Below are positions 27,725-37,966 of a stretch of 64,000 nt of DNA, one piece after another; within the stretch, counting starts at the first letter, position 1, and each line of letters begins with the position of its first letter. The DNA comes from Candidatus Multivoradales bacterium (GTDB lineage Bacteria > Acidobacteriota > Thermoanaerobaculia > Multivoradales > J023): positions 64,001-128,000 of the forward strand of contig CBDFLE010000006.1 in the NCBI GenBank assembly GCA_965248925.1, in the 5' to 3' direction. Position numbers and translations under genes: made by a program. The notes beneath the pieces were generated by a model. The model saw only the letters and a program-made list of their open reading frames with translations, was not told the origin of the DNA and did not search any database.

Positions 27725-30700
27725 TCACGCCGCCTCTTTCAGCTCCGGCTTCTTCCGATTGTCGTCGGGATTGCGATCGATCAGCTTGTTGTAAGGATCA
27801 ATGCCGACTTCCACTGGCTTGGCATCAACGACTAACTCTACCTGGGTGGTGGCTTCGGTGAGGTGGTGCTTCTCGAAGTAGAGCACTTTCTCTTCGTCCT
27901 TGCCGTCGACTTTCTCGCGACTGAAAACCGCCACGTCGATCCAGTCGGCGACAGGAACCTCGCTTTCTTGGCCCTGGCCGTCGGCACGGAGTTTTCGCGC
28001 CGCCAGCTCCATCTGCACTTTGTAGCGGCCATCGGGGAGTTCTTCGTAGGTCGCCTCGACGACCTTGTTTTCGTACAGAGTGATAGTCTCGAAAAGGTCT
28101 TCAATGACGTATTGCAGGTGCTCAGGAGTCACCGCGCGGATCTCGTCGATGAGTTCGGCCGAGGTGGTGTACGGCGGCTGCTGGAAGGCCACCTTCTGGA
28201 CGAAGCTGCGAATGGCGCCGTTGAGCACCTCCTCGCCCAGGTAGTCACGCAGGGCGTACATCACCAGACTGCCTTTGCGGTAGTGGATGTAGGCCTGGTT
28301 CTCGACCAGCATCAGCGGCTGCTCTTCGATCAGCTCGCCGCCGCGACTCTGGAGATATCTGTCGAGTTCGTGCTTGAGGAAGCGGCGCATCTTGTCGCGG
28401 CCATAGTGCTTCTCCATCACCATCAATGCCGAATATTGCGCCATGGTCTCGATCAACATGGTCGAACCCTGCACCGCCGCCGGGATGACCTGGTGCCCCC
28501 ACCATTGGTGCGCTACCTCGTGCGCGGAGACGTAGAAAACGTAGTCCAGATCATCCTCGTCACTCAGGTCGGCGATGAAACCAATGGACTCCGAGAACGG
28601 GACGGTGTTGGCGAACGACTGGGCAAAACTAGCGTAGCGGGGAAACTCGAAGATCCGCATTTGGCGGAACTGGAAGGGCGAGAACTGGTCACCGAAATAA
28701 TCGAGAGACTGCTTGATCGCCTCCATCATGCGGTCGATGTTGTACTCGTGGCCAGCGTGGTGGAAGATCTCCAATTTGACTTCCTTGCCATCCGGCCCAC
28801 GCCACTGATCCCGCAGCACTTCGTAGCGTGCCGATAGGAAGGCATAGAAGTTGAGCATCGGCACACCCATCTTGTAGTGGAAATAGCGCCGCTCTCCATC
28901 GCGCCACTCGCGCTCTAGATTGCCGGGTGTGACCGCGATTTGGTCTGCCGATGTCGACACCGTGGCCTCAAAGGACACCCAATCGGAATCGTTGGAGAGA
29001 GCGTGGTTGCGGCGGGCGAAAGTATCGTCGATTTTGGGCATCCGCTCGAGCGGTTCGAGGCCCGCCTTGCGCCGCTTGTTACGGTCCTGCAACTCGCCTC
29101 CAGCTTGATAGCCGAGGGAAGGGAAGAACTGCCGGTTGTTGAAGAAGGTGCCATTGGCCACCACCTGATTGACCGGCCCATTGTTGACGAAGCCTTGGGC
29201 ATCGAAACTGACCTCGAAATCGAGCCGCGAGGTAGCGCCGGGAGCGAGCGGCTCCTTCAGGCGGTATTGGTAATAGCCATTGAGCTCGTCGGCCTCGGTG
29301 AGTTCAGCACCGGCGATCTCGAGCTTGCCTATCTCAGCGTTGGGTCCGATCGAGAGGTGCAGCTCATCGAGGGATTGATCGGTCTTGTTGGCCAGCAAGT
29401 AGTGGCCTCGCGCCTCCACCCGGCGTTCTTCGGGATAGATCTCGACCTCCACTCGCACGTCGGTGATCTTCGGCACCGGCCGATCCTTGAAGTGGCTATA
29501 TTTCTTCTCGAACTCAGCCTGCCGGTCTTCGGCCACGTCACCTGCAACGTACTTGTTGAGTAAGTTGGTGTTGTAAAAAATGAAGGCGCCAACGGCAATG
29601 AATCCGGCGAGGGAGGCCGCCAAGCCCAACTTGGTCAGTGGCCCGATCTGGCTGCTCGCCGCCCGCCAGCGCGACCGCCATCCGCTGTCAGTGCCGCGCC
29701 GCCAGAAGGCCGTGGCGGCGATCAACATCGCTACCGCCAGCAGGCTCCAATAGAGCCCGAACCAAAAGCGCCGCGCCACGAAGTGGCCGTAGCCGTTCAT
29801 GTCTGAGTAGGTGCCCAGCCCCGGCGAGGCGAAGCTGTAGAGGTTGTGGTCGAAGTCGAGCGCGCCTAGGATAATGTTGCTGATCAGGTAGATCATCATC
29901 AACAAATAGCCGACAAACTTGCTCTTCGAAAACACCTGAAAGAACAACGCCAAGACCAACACCAAGGCGAAAGTCAAGCCAGGGCCAAAGATCAAGCCCT
30001 TGAAATAAAGCCCGAGTTCGAGCTGATGATAGCCCTGAAATAGCTGGATCGAGATCGCGGTCAGCACACCAACCCCGAGAACCACCACCAACGCCATTAG
30101 CAATGCCGCCGCCTTGGCCAAGACCATCACCCAGTTGGGCACCGGCAGCGCGCCATAGACCTCGTGCAACTTCAGCGAGCGCTCTTTCCACACCAGCTCG
30201 CCAGCGTAGAAAGTCAGGATCACCGGCGCCAGAAAAAGGAAACTGCCACCCAATATGGTTAACATCCAATAGGTCACTGGCAGCACATCGGTGCCGACAA
30301 AACTGCCGATGTTGGCCGAGTTGCCCACCGTGTTGGCGACTCCGAAAAGCAGGATCACCAGGAAGGCCACACTACGCACCACGCTGCCCGTCTCGATGCG
30401 CACTTGCCGCCGCAGTTGCAGCAGCCGGGTAGCAAAGCCGTAAGTAGGCACGGCGGTGGGCAAATGCAGGTCGATGGCTACCGTCGGAGCGGCATCCTCT
30501 GCCACTTGGCCACGCTGGCGCCACTTCTTGGCCCCGCCCTCGAGCACGGTGGAATAGCGGAAACGGTAGATGGCGAAGAGCAGCATCGCCAACCCCAAGC
30601 CCATCCACAGCAGGCGATTCCACAGCAGCTGACCATCGAGAGGCGGAGTCAGCGTGTTGCGATCGAAAACCGTCCAATAGCGGGTGGTATTACTGATCGC

Positions 30701-31342
30701 AGCCAAGCCAAAGGGATCGAGCATCGCCGCCAAGAACTGATCTTCGGTATCACTCAACAGGGTCTGAGAGACTCCCCAAGAAACCATCAGGGCGACCAGG
30801 CCGACATAGGTCGCCATCAGGCTCCGCGTCAAGCTGGCCAGGGAGAAGAAGATCGCACCGGCGATGAACAGATTGGGCAGCACTATCACCAGGATCGAAA
30901 ACAAGTAAGGCTGTAGCTGAAAAGCACCGAGCTGCTCTGGATCGAGCCAGGGCATGACGGCGCCTGCCACCAAGCCAAACAAGGCGCCGAGAAAAGTTGC
31001 CGCCGAGGCGGCGTAGGAACCAGCGAAGCGGCCCAACAAGTAGCGCTTCGGGGTCAGCCGGGTGGTGAAAAACAACGGCGCGGTCTGGTACTCAATATCT
31101 CGCACTGTCGAATTGGCCATGAAGGCGGTGGTGAGGAACAGGCCCAACACGCTGATCGAGGCCAACACCTGCAAAATCACAAATGGCGAATTGCGATGCA
31201 CATTGCCCGCAGCGCCGCCTACCGACACGCCGGTGTTGACGACAATCATGAAGGCCAGCAAGAAGAAAAAGAAGGTGGTGAACAGGAACAAGCCCTGCTT
31301 GCGTTGCTGCCGCCACTCGAAGAGAAAGACTTCCTTCAGCAT
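27725..31342 (-). CDS. ABC-2 permease fused to M1 family aminopeptidase
   Basis: Two permease halves, YSDMNGYG, then FAQSF, HEVAHQWWG...E zinc motif, YIHYRKG, IDPYNKLID. Confidence 0.92.
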   Translation of the reverse strand: MLKEVFLFEWRQQRKQGLFLFTTFFFFLLAFMIVVNTGVSVGGAAGNVHRNSPFVILQVLASISVLGLFLTTAFMANSTVRDIEYQTAPLFFTTRLTPKRYLLGRFAGSYAASAATFLGALFGLVAGAVMPWLDPEQLGAFQLQPYLFSILVIVLPNLFIAGAIFFSLASLTRSLMATYVGLVALMVSWGVSQTLLSDTEDQFLAAMLDPFGLAAISNTTRYWTVFDRNTLTPPLDGQLLWNRLLWMGLGLAMLLFAIYRFRYSTVLEGGAKKWRQRGQVAEDAAPTVAIDLHLPTAVPTYGFATRLLQLRRQVRIETGSVVRSVAFLVILLFGVANTVGNSANIGSFVGTDVLPVTYWMLTILGGSFLFLAPVILTFYAGELVWKERSLKLHEVYGALPVPNWVMVLAKAAALLMALVVVLGVGVLTAISIQLFQGYHQLELGLYFKGLIFGPGLTFALVLVLALFFQVFSKSKFVGYLLMMIYLISNIILGALDFDHNLYSFASPGLGTYSDMNGYGHFVARRFWFGLYWSLLAVAMLIAATAFWRRGTDSGWRSRWRAASSQIGPLTKLGLAASLAGFIAVGAFIFYNTNLLNKYVAGDVAEDRQAEFEKKYSHFKDRPVPKITDVRVEVEIYPEERRVEARGHYLLANKTDQSLDELHLSIGPNAEIGKLEIAGAELTEADELNGYYQYRLKEPLAPGATSRLDFEVSFDAQGFVNNGPVNQVVANGTFFNNRQFFPSLGYQAGGELQDRNKRRKAGLEPLERMPKIDDTFARRNHALSNDSDWVSFEATVSTSADQIAVTPGNLEREWRDGERRYFHYKMGVPMLNFYAFLSARYEVLRDQWRGPDGKEVKLEIFHHAGHEYNIDRMMEAIKQSLDYFGDQFSPFQFRQMRIFEFPRYASFAQSFANTVPFSESIGFIADLSDEDDLDYVFYVSAHEVAHQWWGHQVIPAAVQGSTMLIETMAQYSALMVMEKHYGRDKMRRFLKHELDRYLQSRGGELIEEQPLMLVENQAYIHYRKGSLVMYALRDYLGEEVLNGAIRSFVQKVAFQQPPYTTSAELIDEIRAVTPEHLQYVIEDLFETITLYENKVVEATYEELPDGRYKVQMELAARKLRADGQGQESEVPVADWIDVAVFSREKVDGKDEEKVLYFEKHHLTEATTQVELVVDAKPVEVGIDPYNKLIDRNPDDNRKKPELKEAA

Positions 31343-31352
31343 GACATTGACC

Positions 31353-32246
31353 TCAGGCCGCCACCGCCGCGTTAGCCTGACGGGCCTGCGGCAAGGTGGT
31401 GAAGTAGACATCGGCCAGATCGGGTGCCACCGGCTCGAAGTCCACTGCCGGGCACTCGTCGGCAAGAACGCGAATCTCCGTGCGGCCGGCGAACAGGCGG
31501 CTCGACAGCACCCGGTAGCGGTCGCGATAATCCGCCAGTTCTTGCTTCGCCACCACCCGCTTCCACACCTTGCCCTCGAGTCCGCCGATCGCCGTGGCGG
31601 GCTCGCCGGTGTGCCACACTTTGCCCTCGCCGAGGATCGCCATACGGCTGCACAGATCGCTGACATCTTCGACAATGTGAGTCGACAAGATCACCACCAC
31701 CTGCTCGCCGATTTCTGCCAAGAGATTGAGAAAACGCGCCCGTTCCTCCGGATCTAGACCAGCGGTCGGCTCGTCGACGATCACCAGCTTGGGCTCGCCG
31801 AGCAACGCCTGTGCAATGCCAAACCGCTGCTTCATGCCACCTGAGAAAGTGCCCAACCGCTTCTTGCGATGCTGGTGCAGATTGGTCTGGTGGAGCAGCG
31901 CATCGACCAGCGCCATGCGCTCTTTACGCCGGGTAAGACCCTTGAGTACCGCGAAATGGTTGAGCATCGCCTCGGCACTGATTTTCGGGTAGACGCCGAA
32001 CTCCTGCGGCAGATAGCCCAGCACTTTGCGCACTTCCGACTTCTGCTGCAAAATATCGAGATCGCCCAGCCGAGCGGTGCCGGAATCGGGCTCTTGCAGA
32101 GTGGCCAAGGTGCGCATCAGGGTCGACTTGCCGGCGCCGTTGGGGCCCAGCAAACCGAACATGCCACGGGGAATGTCGAGGGACACCCCATCGAGGGCGC
32201 GGACGCCGTTGGCATAGGTCTTCGACAGATTCTCGATCCTCAGCAT
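31353..32246 (-). CDS. ABC transporter ATP-binding protein
   Basis: GPNGAGKST, FSGGMKQR, IVDEPT, STH. Confidence 0.95.
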   Translation of the reverse strand: MLRIENLSKTYANGVRALDGVSLDIPRGMFGLLGPNGAGKSTLMRTLATLQEPDSGTARLGDLDILQQKSEVRKVLGYLPQEFGVYPKISAEAMLNHFAVLKGLTRRKERMALVDALLHQTNLHQHRKKRLGTFSGGMKQRFGIAQALLGEPKLVIVDEPTAGLDPEERARFLNLLAEIGEQVVVILSTHIVEDVSDLCSRMAILGEGKVWHTGEPATAIGGLEGKVWKRVVAKQELADYRDRYRVLSSRLFAGRTEIRVLADECPAVDFEPVAPDLADVYFTTLPQARQANAAVAA

Positions 32247-32449
32247 GGTCAGCTCCTCGGCACTCGATCAGGGTTCAGCATCGCTAGAGGCGGCGGGCCG
32301 CGCGTTTTCCGGTGACCGGCGACAGCACCAGCGACTCTTTGGGCGGCAATCCTCGACGGTATCAGTAGTCACGTTCGGAGCTGTTCAATGTTTCACCTTC
32401 GGAAATCGATAACAACGGTGAGACCAGAACTCCTGACATACCCTTTTTC

Positions 32450-34674
32450 TCAAATGTCCGGTTGAGCCTCTCCGGAGGTGTTCCGAGGCCCTGGGAAGGC
32501 CAGGCTCCGGGGTGGCGCCTTCTTGATCGCGAACCGCATCCGTAGCTCGGTGCCGGGGAAGTGGGTGGCGGTAGCGTTGAGTTCTTCGCAGACGGCGGCG
32601 ATCGCCGCCGTCTTGTGGGGAGAGCTGAGCGGGTCGATGGAAAGGAGCAGCACGGTGTCGGTAACCTCCATATCGCCGCCGGCCGCGAAAGCGCTTTGGA
32701 TCAGGGTGCGTCCCTCCTGCTCGGTGCGGCGGTAGTGGGGTGATAGGAGCCGGAGAAGATCACCTTCGGCCTGGTAGGCGACCATCTTGAGAATATCGGT
32801 GAGGTGCTTGCGCTCGACGGACAGCTTGATGACATCCGCTTCGACGACCTCTTGGACGGGGACGCGGACGGGGAGGGTCGCGCGCTGGTTCTCGAGTTCG
32901 GTGATCTGCTCTATCGCTGCCCGGACCCTGGCGGAGATGGCGGCGTTGGCGATCTTGAATCCGCGCATCGTGCGCCGCCGATCCTCGCGGTTTTCAAGAG
33001 CAGCGATCCCGATGTGGGCCCGGAGCTGCTCGAGATGTGCGTGAGCTTTGCGCAGCTCTGCATTGATCTTGCCGCGCTCGGGATTCGGCACATCGCGGGC
33101 GGCGTCCGCTGGCTCGGTGCCATAGTCCACCAGGGCATCGAGTGCGAATTCTTCGCGCAGGTATTTGAAGAAGTTCTCTTGCCTCCAACGATCGAACATG
33201 CGGTAGGCGACCTCGAGTGTGGAGAGGTCGCGGCGGGAGGTGATGATGGACGTCTGGTGGCCGTTGTCGCAGAGGCGGGTGACCTGGCGCAGGTACAGCC
33301 GCTTGCGCTTCTTCCTCGGGCCATACTCGAGGTAGATACGCTGATCGGCGAGGAGGTACTCGAGCTTCCGCCCGTGGATCGTGTCCTTGATCTGCCCGAA
33401 CTTGCTCAACGGCACCGGACGAAAGGGGGCCTTTCGGTATGTGAGGATGTCGAACTTCTTGGCGATGAGCTTCGCAAACAGCTTCGGGCTCCAACCCCCA
33501 CGGTCGAAGACGACGGTGACTCGCCGGTCTCCGAGTAGCTTTCGTACCTCTTCGAGAATGAGGGGAAGCATCGTCGCAAGCCCCTTGTTGGCCTCGGTGG
33601 GGACCACGAAGAGAGGCTCGCTCTCAGCATCGTTGACCCAGTAGTCGGTGGTGGCCGGCATCGCGATCCGCATCCGCGCTACGTGTGTCTTGGGAATCTC
33701 TCGGCCACCGTGGTAGGCGCGCACATGCCCGTCCACGTAGAGGAAGCCCATGGCATGGCCCCTGGTGGCGACCCGGCGCTGAGCGAGGGCGCGACCGAGA
33801 TCCGCGGCCAGGCCATGCGCGGCCAGCCGAGCGAGCTTGTTGCGCAAGGTTTTCACTTCCGGCGCTCGGTCGAGCCCGAGAAGCTGACCCAAATGCCGGG
33901 GTGAGCGCTCCTTGAGCCCTTCGGGTCGCTTGACCCGCAACAGTGCCATCAGCAGCAGGGTTACCAGAGTGGTGCGCAGCCCATAGAAGGCCGGCCCGAT
34001 GCTGCCGTACAGCTCCTGCGCGATGGAGAGCACGCCGCTGTCCACCAGGGCGGGAATCGCCAGCAGAGCACCGGCGCCCGGTAGCTGGGTCGCCGCTCCG
34101 AAGATCGGCGCCGCATCATCGAGGAATCCCAGCCTCGCCAGCAGCCGATCGCTGGCGCGATCCGCTGGATCGAGGTCCAGCGAGAGGGGAACCTGATCTT
34201 GCTCGGACGCAGAAGCGGACAGTTTTGGGTCCGCAGCCGCTGGGTCACCGCCACCCTCAGCGTCGAGCGCAAGATCCGCAGTTTTCAGGGGGCCGTCGAC
34301 CTGCTGCTCATCAGAGCCGGACAGTTTTGGGTCCGCACTCTCGAAGGGCATCGTCATCTGCACTACCGACCGCTCTTTCCAGCCCAGGCGCTTGGCGAGC
34401 TTGCGAACGGCCTTCTCATCGATGCCCAGCCGCCGGCCAATCTCGCGATTCGACACACCCTCGGCCTTCCAGCCGTTGACCGCGTCCAGGCGGCCCTGCG
34501 CTACCCGAGACTGACCCCGGGGAAAACCGCGCGGCCGGCCCAGAGCAGCCAGCCCACCTTCTTCGAAGCGGCGCTGATTCCGGCGCACAGTCCGCACATC
34601 ACAAGCGAACGCAAGGGCCACCTCGCGTTGCTGTGCCCAGCCCAATTCAACGAGACTCACCATCGCGTGGGCCT
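32450..34674 (-). pseudogene. Large HTH-containing DDE-like transposase, 3' part
   Basis: Two HTH regions, YVDGH, TDYWVND, VFDRGG, RWRQENFFKY; N-terminus displaced to 37582-37750. Confidence 0.88.
34215..34338. repeat. Two intragenic copies of palindrome (G)CGGAC-AGTTTTGG-GTCCGCA
   Basis: At 34215-34235 and 34318-34338; third copy at 37779-37800. Confidence 0.9.
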
Positions 34675-34888
34675 TGCCTGCACCGACGGAAACCGACCAC
34701 CGATTCCGATTGAAAGTGACCAGTGATTCCAACGGAATCTGACCATCGATTCCGATCGAAAGTGACCACTTTTCCGGGTCGATCGGAATGGGTGGTCAGA
34801 TTGGATCGGAATCCTGGCCACGGCGGAGTTCGACGGTAGCGCGCTCCTCACAATTGGGGTATTCCAGCCTCCTTGAAAGGAGAATTGG

Positions 34889-36463
34889 ATGCCGAGAGTG
34901 AGGACATCGATGCGCAAGATACGCGAGGTACTGAGACTGAAATGGCAGCATGGCCTGTCGCACCGCCAGATCGGACGGTCGGTTCGGCTGGGCCACGGGA
35001 CGGTGTGCAACTACCTGCTGCGAGCCAAGGTTGAAGGCCTGAGCTGGGAGCAAGTAGCAGCTTTGAGCGACGCTGAGCTGGAGCAACGCCTGTACCCTCG
35101 GCCGCAGCCGCTTCGGAGGGGTGGTCAGCGAGCCTTGCCCGACTGGACCAAGGTGCATGGCGAGCTGAAGAAGAAGTGCGTAACCCTGTCGCTGCTGTGG
35201 CAGGAGTACCGGGAGGACCATCCTGACGGCTACGGTCTCAGCCGCTTCTGTCAGCTGTACCGGATCTGGGAAGGGCGCCTGGATGTGTGCCTGCGCCAAG
35301 CCTACCGGGCGGGCGAGAAGCTGTTCGTCGACTATGCCGGACAGACCGTGAGGGTGATCGACCCGGCGACTGGCAAAGCGCGCGAAGCGCAGATCTTCGT
35401 GGCGGTGCTGGGGGCGAGCAACTACACCTATGCCGAATCAACGTGGAGCCAGGGCCTGGAGGACTGGATCGGCTCTCATGTGCGGACCTTCGCGGCTCTG
35501 GGCGGGGTGAGCGAGCTGGTGGTGCCGGACAATCTGAAGAGCGGCGTGACCAGCCCGTGCCGCTACGAGCCGGAGATCAATCGCACCTACGCGGAGTTGG
35601 CCGAGCACTACGGCGTGGCGGTGGTGCCGGCGCGGGTGAGGAAGCCCCAAGACAAGGCGAAGGTCGAAAACGGTGTATTGCAAGTGGAGCGCTGGATTCT
35701 GGCCCGGCTGCGTAACCAGCAGTTCTTCAGCCTGCGAGAGCTCAACGAGAGCATCGCGAAGCTTCTGGTCGAGCTTAACGACCGTCCGCTGAAGGTGTTG
35801 GGCGTCTCGCGCCGAGCGCTGTTCGAGCAGGTCGATCGTCCTGCTCTGGGTGCTTTGCCGCTCCAGCCCTACGAGCTTGCCGAATGGAAGAAGGTACGCG
35901 TTGCCCCGGACTACCACGTCGAGTTCGAGGGCCACTATTACAGTGTGCCGTACCAGCTGATCAAGAAGCAGCTCGATCTGCGGGCGACGGCGCAACTGGT
36001 GGAGGTGCTCGATCGCGGCAAGCGTGTGGCTGCTCATCGTCGCAATCGGTGTCGGGGTCGGCACACGACCCAGAGCGAGCACATGCCCAAAGCGCACCAG
36101 GCGTACCTGGAGTGGACACCGACACGGCTGATCAGCTGGGCGGCGAAAACAGGCCAGGCGACGGCCGAACTGGTGGAGACCATCATGCTTAACCGCTCCC
36201 ATCCTCAGCACGGCTTTCGCTCGTGTCTGGGGCTGATGCGCCTGGGCAAGACCTATGGTGCCAATCGTTTGGAGGCTGCGTGCCGCCGCGCGCTCGCCAT
36301 TCACGGCCTGTCCTACAAGAGCGTGAAGTCGATCCTGAAGAGCGGCCTGGACCAGCAAGCAGCGCCCGAGCCCACCGAAGTGACGGCGCCGATCGAGCAC
36401 CGCAACGTCCGCGGCGCCAGCTACTACAGTGCCGCGCGCCGCGAGGAGACGCCGCCATGCTGA
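34889..36463 (+). CDS. istA: IS21 transposase
   Basis: MRKIREVLRL HTH, GEKLFVDYAG, VPDNLKSGV, PARVRKPQDKAKVE. Confidence 0.96.
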   Translation: MPRVRTSMRKIREVLRLKWQHGLSHRQIGRSVRLGHGTVCNYLLRAKVEGLSWEQVAALSDAELEQRLYPRPQPLRRGGQRALPDWTKVHGELKKKCVTLSLLWQEYREDHPDGYGLSRFCQLYRIWEGRLDVCLRQAYRAGEKLFVDYAGQTVRVIDPATGKAREAQIFVAVLGASNYTYAESTWSQGLEDWIGSHVRTFAALGGVSELVVPDNLKSGVTSPCRYEPEINRTYAELAEHYGVAVVPARVRKPQDKAKVENGVLQVERWILARLRNQQFFSLRELNESIAKLLVELNDRPLKVLGVSRRALFEQVDRPALGALPLQPYELAEWKKVRVAPDYHVEFEGHYYSVPYQLIKKQLDLRATAQLVEVLDRGKRVAAHRRNRCRGRHTTQSEHMPKAHQAYLEWTPTRLISWAAKTGQATAELVETIMLNRSHPQHGFRSCLGLMRLGKTYGANRLEAACRRALAIHGLSYKSVKSILKSGLDQQAAPEPTEVTAPIEHRNVRGASYYSAARREETPPC

Positions 36464-37221
36464 GGCACGCGACGCTCGATCAACTCGCCGCGCTCAAGCT
36501 CCACGGTATGGCCAAAGCCTTTGAGGAGCAGCTGTCGATGGTCGATGTCTCAGAGCTCTCCTTCGAAGAGCGCCTCGGGCTGCTGGTCGAGCGCGAAGCG
36601 ACCGAGCGATCCAGCCGCCGCTTGATAGCGCGGTTGCGAAAAGCCAAGCTGCGCGAGCAGGCGGCCATCGAAGACATCGACTGGCGAGCCAAGAGGGGCC
36701 TGGACAAAGGCCAGATCCTGCGCCTGGCCTCGTGCCAGTGGATCGCCGAGCATCTCAACGTGCTGATCACCGGCAAGGCCGGGGTGGGCAAGACCTTTCT
36801 CGCCTGCGCCTTCGCGCACAAGGCATGTCGGGAGGGTTACACCGCTTTGTACCTGCGGGTGCCGAGGCTGTTTCGCCAGCTCGCCATCGCGCGGGGTGAT
36901 GGTAGCTACGAGAAGCTGCTCAAGAGCTATGCTCGCACAGACCTGCTCATCCTCGACGACTGGGGGCTGGCGCCGATCGGGGCCAGCGAGCGGCGCGACC
37001 TGCTCGAGATTCTTGAGGACCGCTACGGCAACCGCTCCACGCTGGTGACCTCCCAGCTACCGGTTGAGAGCTGGTACGAGGTCATCGGCGATCCGACCTT
37101 GGCCGACGCCATCCTCGATCGCACTGTCCACGGCGCCTACAAGCTCGCGGTGGACGGTGACTCCATGCGGGCGAAGAGAGCCGGCGGTATTCGCAAGGCC
37201 GCCCAGCGAGAGGCAAGGTGA
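36457..37221 (+). CDS. istB: IS21 AAA+ helper ATPase
   Basis: GKAGVGKT, LLILDDWG, STLVTSQLP..W, ADAILDR; overlaps istA stop. Confidence 0.96.
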   Translation: MLRHATLDQLAALKLHGMAKAFEEQLSMVDVSELSFEERLGLLVEREATERSSRRLIARLRKAKLREQAAIEDIDWRAKRGLDKGQILRLASCQWIAEHLNVLITGKAGVGKTFLACAFAHKACREGYTALYLRVPRLFRQLAIARGDGSYEKLLKSYARTDLLILDDWGLAPIGASERRDLLEILEDRYGNRSTLVTSQLPVESWYEVIGDPTLADAILDRTVHGAYKLAVDGDSMRAKRAGGIRKAAQREAR

Positions 37222-37303
37222 GATCCAAGAGCATGCTGAAGCGATCGCCGATCCGGACCCATCAGCGGGCCTGCGGCCCGATCCGGACCCGACCCAAGAT
37301 GGA

Positions 37304-37406
37304 CTGTGGAAGCTGCCGCGGTTGTGGAAATCGCTCTGCGATTCCCACAACCGCTTGGAAAACGCCCCCCTGCCCCCCAACCTGCGTTTCCCACAGCTAC
37401 GCACAG
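37304..37406 (+). other. Multi-hairpin structured segment in the IS21 right arm
   Basis: GCGGTTGTGGAAATCGC/GCGATTCCCACAACCGC and TGGAAAACGC/GCGTTTCCCA hairpins closed by CTGTG..AGCTG/CAGCT..CACAG. Confidence 0.6.
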
Positions 37407-37581
37407 CCCCGACGACGGGTTATTTGAATACAATCAATCAAGAAGAAGAGCCGGAAGGAGGGCTCCAGCTACAGCGAAAGTGGACACTTACAACTGAGGA
37501 GAGCGCCAGCGTCGCTTCGCTCCGACAAGTGGTCGGTTTCGATCGGAATGGCTGGTCAGTTTCGTCGGAATAGGCAGGCCT

Positions 37582-37750
37582 CGCCTGTCCTGTCGCCGGC
37601 AGCGAAGTGAGCGAGCGGCATGCCGCTGACCACCACCACCCGATAGCCGCCCCTCTGCTGGAGGCGGCAGCGGTCGTTGATCACCACAACCCCATCGGGG
37701 ACCCCGGCGTGGTCTGGGAACAGGACGGTGTGCTCGCTCGTCAGTGCCAT
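37582..37750 (-). pseudogene. Outer transposase, 5' part
   Basis: MALTSEHTVLF...HFAAGDRTGEA joins in frame to HAMVSLVELG when IS21 plus one TSD copy is removed. Confidence 0.88.
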
Positions 37751-37778
37751 GCTCGATCATGCCTCGGCACCGAAAAAA

Positions 37779-37800
37779 GCGGACAGTTTTGGGTCCGCAC
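37779..37800. repeat. Third copy of the transposon palindrome, between TIR and start codon
   Basis: GCGGACAGTTTTGGGTCCGCAC about 30 nt upstream of the transposase ATG. Confidence 0.85.
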
Positions 37801-37909
37801 CACCTCTGAGGGGCGGTCCTGTGTTTTCAGAGGGTTAGGAGGGGTAGGTCAGGAGGTCTGGAGACCCACGGCCAGTTAGCTGCCTTATTCGCCAAGAACG
37901 GCAACAAAA

Positions 37910-37945
37910 TGCGAAAAGGGCGCCTCACGAGGCGCCCTTTTCGCA
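37910..37945. terminator. Perfect inverted repeat / intrinsic terminator
   Basis: TGCGAAAAGGGCGCCTC-AC-GAGGCGCCCTTTTCGCA just after the stop at 37967. Confidence 0.85.
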
Positions 37946-37966
37946 ACCAAACCACTCGTCCGGAAC

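Larger units (their letters stand above)
34675..37576 (+). mobile_element. IS21-family element (2902 bp)
   Basis: TG...CA ends with imperfect IRs (TGCCTGCACCGACGGAAACCGACC / TGCCTATTCCGACGAAACTGACC), ~22-bp subterminal repeats, 5-bp TSD GGCCT (34670-34674, 37577-37581), istA-istB. Confidence 0.95.
32425..37860 (-). mobile_element. Insertion sequence (2529 bp when reconstituted) interrupted by IS21
   Basis: 19-bp TIRs CAGAACTCCTGACATACCC / CAGACCTCCTGACCTACCC (17/19); 5-bp direct repeat GAGAC at 32420-32424 and 37861-37865. Confidence 0.9.

Noticed and set aside
27725-32246. ABC permease-M1 aminopeptidase fusion as a novelty
   Set aside because: Known, widespread architecture with its adjacent ATPase
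34675-34732. N-terminus MESLVTFNRNRWSVSVGAGK of the 760-aa transposase ORF
   Set aside because: Read from the IS21 left end; the true start is at 37750
34680-34815. ~22-bp periodic repeats (GATTCCGATCGAAAGTGACCA-like) that might suggest a CRISPR array or iterons
   Set aside because: No unique spacers or cas genes; they are IS21 subterminal transposase-binding repeats mirrored at the right end
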